A DNA stretch of 64,000 nucleotides, taken from assembly GCA_029717555.1 (NCBI GenBank), contig JAMDHS010000047.1, positions 1-64,000 on the forward strand, in the 5' to 3' direction. Source of the DNA: Peribolospora baueri. Lineage: Eukaryota. Of the stretch, positions 62,335 through 64,000 are shown piece after piece (positions within the stretch are counted from its first letter, which is position 1; every line of letters starts with the position of its first letter). The notes under the pieces were generated by a model that searched no databases, was not told the DNA's origin, and saw nothing but the letters and a program-made list of their open reading frames with translations. A program made the position numbers and the translations under genes.

Positions 62335-63534
62335 GTCGGCGTCGCTTCTTCCATTGGCTGGATGACAATCAGACCCGATGACGCGGCAAGCAGCACAAGC
62401 AGCAACAAAAGGAGGTCTCATCTTGGAGCTTGAGAACGGAGCAACGTTGATAACGACTTTACAGGCGCTCGTCGAGGAGCCAAGTGAAGGAGAGGACTGT
62501 GGTGGATGATACGTGCTTGCAGCTGGCGGGAGGTGCCCTCGAGCACCCCCGACTGAACACAGGCCCTTCGGTGTGGCGGGCGAGAGCGGTCACATAACCC
62601 TAACACTGGCCCTTGCTGGGCTTGCTGGGCACGAACACTCGAGCACATAACGAACGGTTCGTGCAGTGCGAAAAGCGACCGTTCAGTGCGCGCAGGCGAG
62701 TTGGAGGCGACGAAGTGTACTCGGTCTGATATTAACACGGCACAGAGAGAGAGAGAGAGACGACCTCCTCCGTCCTCTACCGTGGTTGTGCAATCGTCCT
62801 GGTTACGTTCTTCCTCCCCAGGCGTTCGCAAGACCTGCCGTCCGACCTCTTGCATCCCTCTCGCGGCTTCGGCCAGAATTGAAACCGTTCCCTTTAACCA
62901 GAGCGTAGCTCGTTGCTACAGGTTCTCCGTCGGAGATCGCATACCTTGACGACCGCACCTGTCTGTTTCTCTCTCGTTCTCTCGCGGGGCTCTGCGAGCA
63001 GGCGATAGTGAAGAAAAGACGGATGCCGAACGACGTCTGAGTGCCGGATAGACGACTGCGGCATCTGGCATCCGCAGTCGCTCGCTTCCCCAGCGTCTCA
63101 CGCACTTTCACATGCGCGGAATCCGACGCCTGGTTCACAGCGTGCTCCGTCCTGCCTGGGAATCACTGGACATGGGCGAGACGGCACGGAAATTCAGAGC
63201 ATGTATAGAGCACGAGCGTATCTTGCTTTGCTTCTCGTGAAATCCTCGACAACAATCTGCCCATTAACATACCGGAACTAGCTCCACTCAACCCGCCCGT
63301 TCGCCGCTCGGGCCGCTCGATCATTGGGATCTTTTTCACGCTCAGCATGTCACGGTCGACGTCGTCTTGCTCGTCCACCATCACTTTCCCCTTTCCAGGC
63401 CTTTTTATCTTTAAAACGGCAATCTCTCCTCGCGTTCCGCCACCTCCACCATTCCTTGCTCCTCCCCGTCTCTAGGAAAGCGAGCAGCAGCTTAGCATAT
63501 CCCTTTCTTCGTTGGTACAGGAAACGCGAACGCG

Positions 63535-64000
63535 ATGACGTCTACAGAGCGACCAGAGTACCACGACGTCGTCATCGTTGGCGCCGGCGTGTCCGGCATC
63601 GGCATGGCCGCCCAGCTCAAACGCAACCTCGGCGTGACGGACGTGCGGATCGTCGACCGCGAAGCGGGCCAGGGCGGTACATGGTGGGCCAACACGTACC
63701 CGGGCTGCGCCTGCGACATCCCCGCTACGCTCTACAGCTTCAGCTTCGCGCAGAAGAAGGACTGGTCCACGTTCTACCCGGGTCAGGGCGAGCTCCGCAA
63801 GTATATCACCGACGTGTGCCACAAGTTCGAGCTGGATGACAAGTTCCTCTTCCGCCACGAAGTGCGCTGCGCCCGCTGGGACGAAGCGACCCGTCTCTGG
63901 AACGTCGAGCTGGCCGACCTGAGCGAGGTGGGCAACGACAGGTCCCTTTCCCCGGGCTCGACCAACTCCGAGGTGGTTCAGACGGCCAAGACGAAACACT
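63535..64000 (+). CDS. Flavin-containing monooxygenase, Baeyer-Villiger type (5' part, truncated by window)
   Basis: MTSTERPEYHDVVIVGAGVSGIG (GxGxxG), GGTWWANTYPGCACDIP..LYSFSF; the frame is open to the window end. Confidence 0.9.
   Translation, partial: MTSTERPEYHDVVIVGAGVSGIGMAAQLKRNLGVTDVRIVDREAGQGGTWWANTYPGCACDIPATLYSFSFAQKKDWSTFYPGQGELRKYITDVCHKFELDDKFLFRHEVRCARWDEATRLWNVELADLSEVGNDRSLSPGSTNSEVVQTAKTKH

Overview
Eukaryotic, GC-rich, intron-rich fungal DNA (GTGAG-type donors, CTRAC branch points, YAG acceptors), most consistent with a basidiomycete and possibly Ustilaginomycotina (inference). I reconstructed about 23 spliced protein-coding genes by hand. Most are housekeeping: TFC7-like histidine phosphatase, NDUFAF8-like, SEC9, MEMO1, NFKBIL1-like, pseudouridine glycosidase/kinase fusion, Nudix ADP-ribose pyrophosphatase, divergent RPL16/RPL32, AhpD-like, Whi5-motif protein, F-box-like, SWI1/ARID1-like, AFG3 m-AAA protease, REI1, AIM18-like, Rid1-like GBD protein, GH17-like, sulfotransferase-like, PAC4-like, Zn2Cys6 TF, methylcitrate/citrate synthase, and a BVMO/FMO cut by the window edge. 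There is also one intron-containing tRNA-Ser(GCT). Three things stand out. (1) A hidden 3-exon, 53-aa gene in a 4.5-kb gene gap encodes only an RNase H1-type hybrid-binding (Cauli_VI) domain with substituted binding residues. (2) A DHA1 MFS transporter pseudogene has its 5' ~1.9 kb inverted relative to its 3' end. (3) A ~470-bp foldback (long inverted repeat) element lies between the divergent methylcitrate synthase and monooxygenase genes. All exon boundaries are manual predictions and family calls come from remembered motifs; no searches were run.
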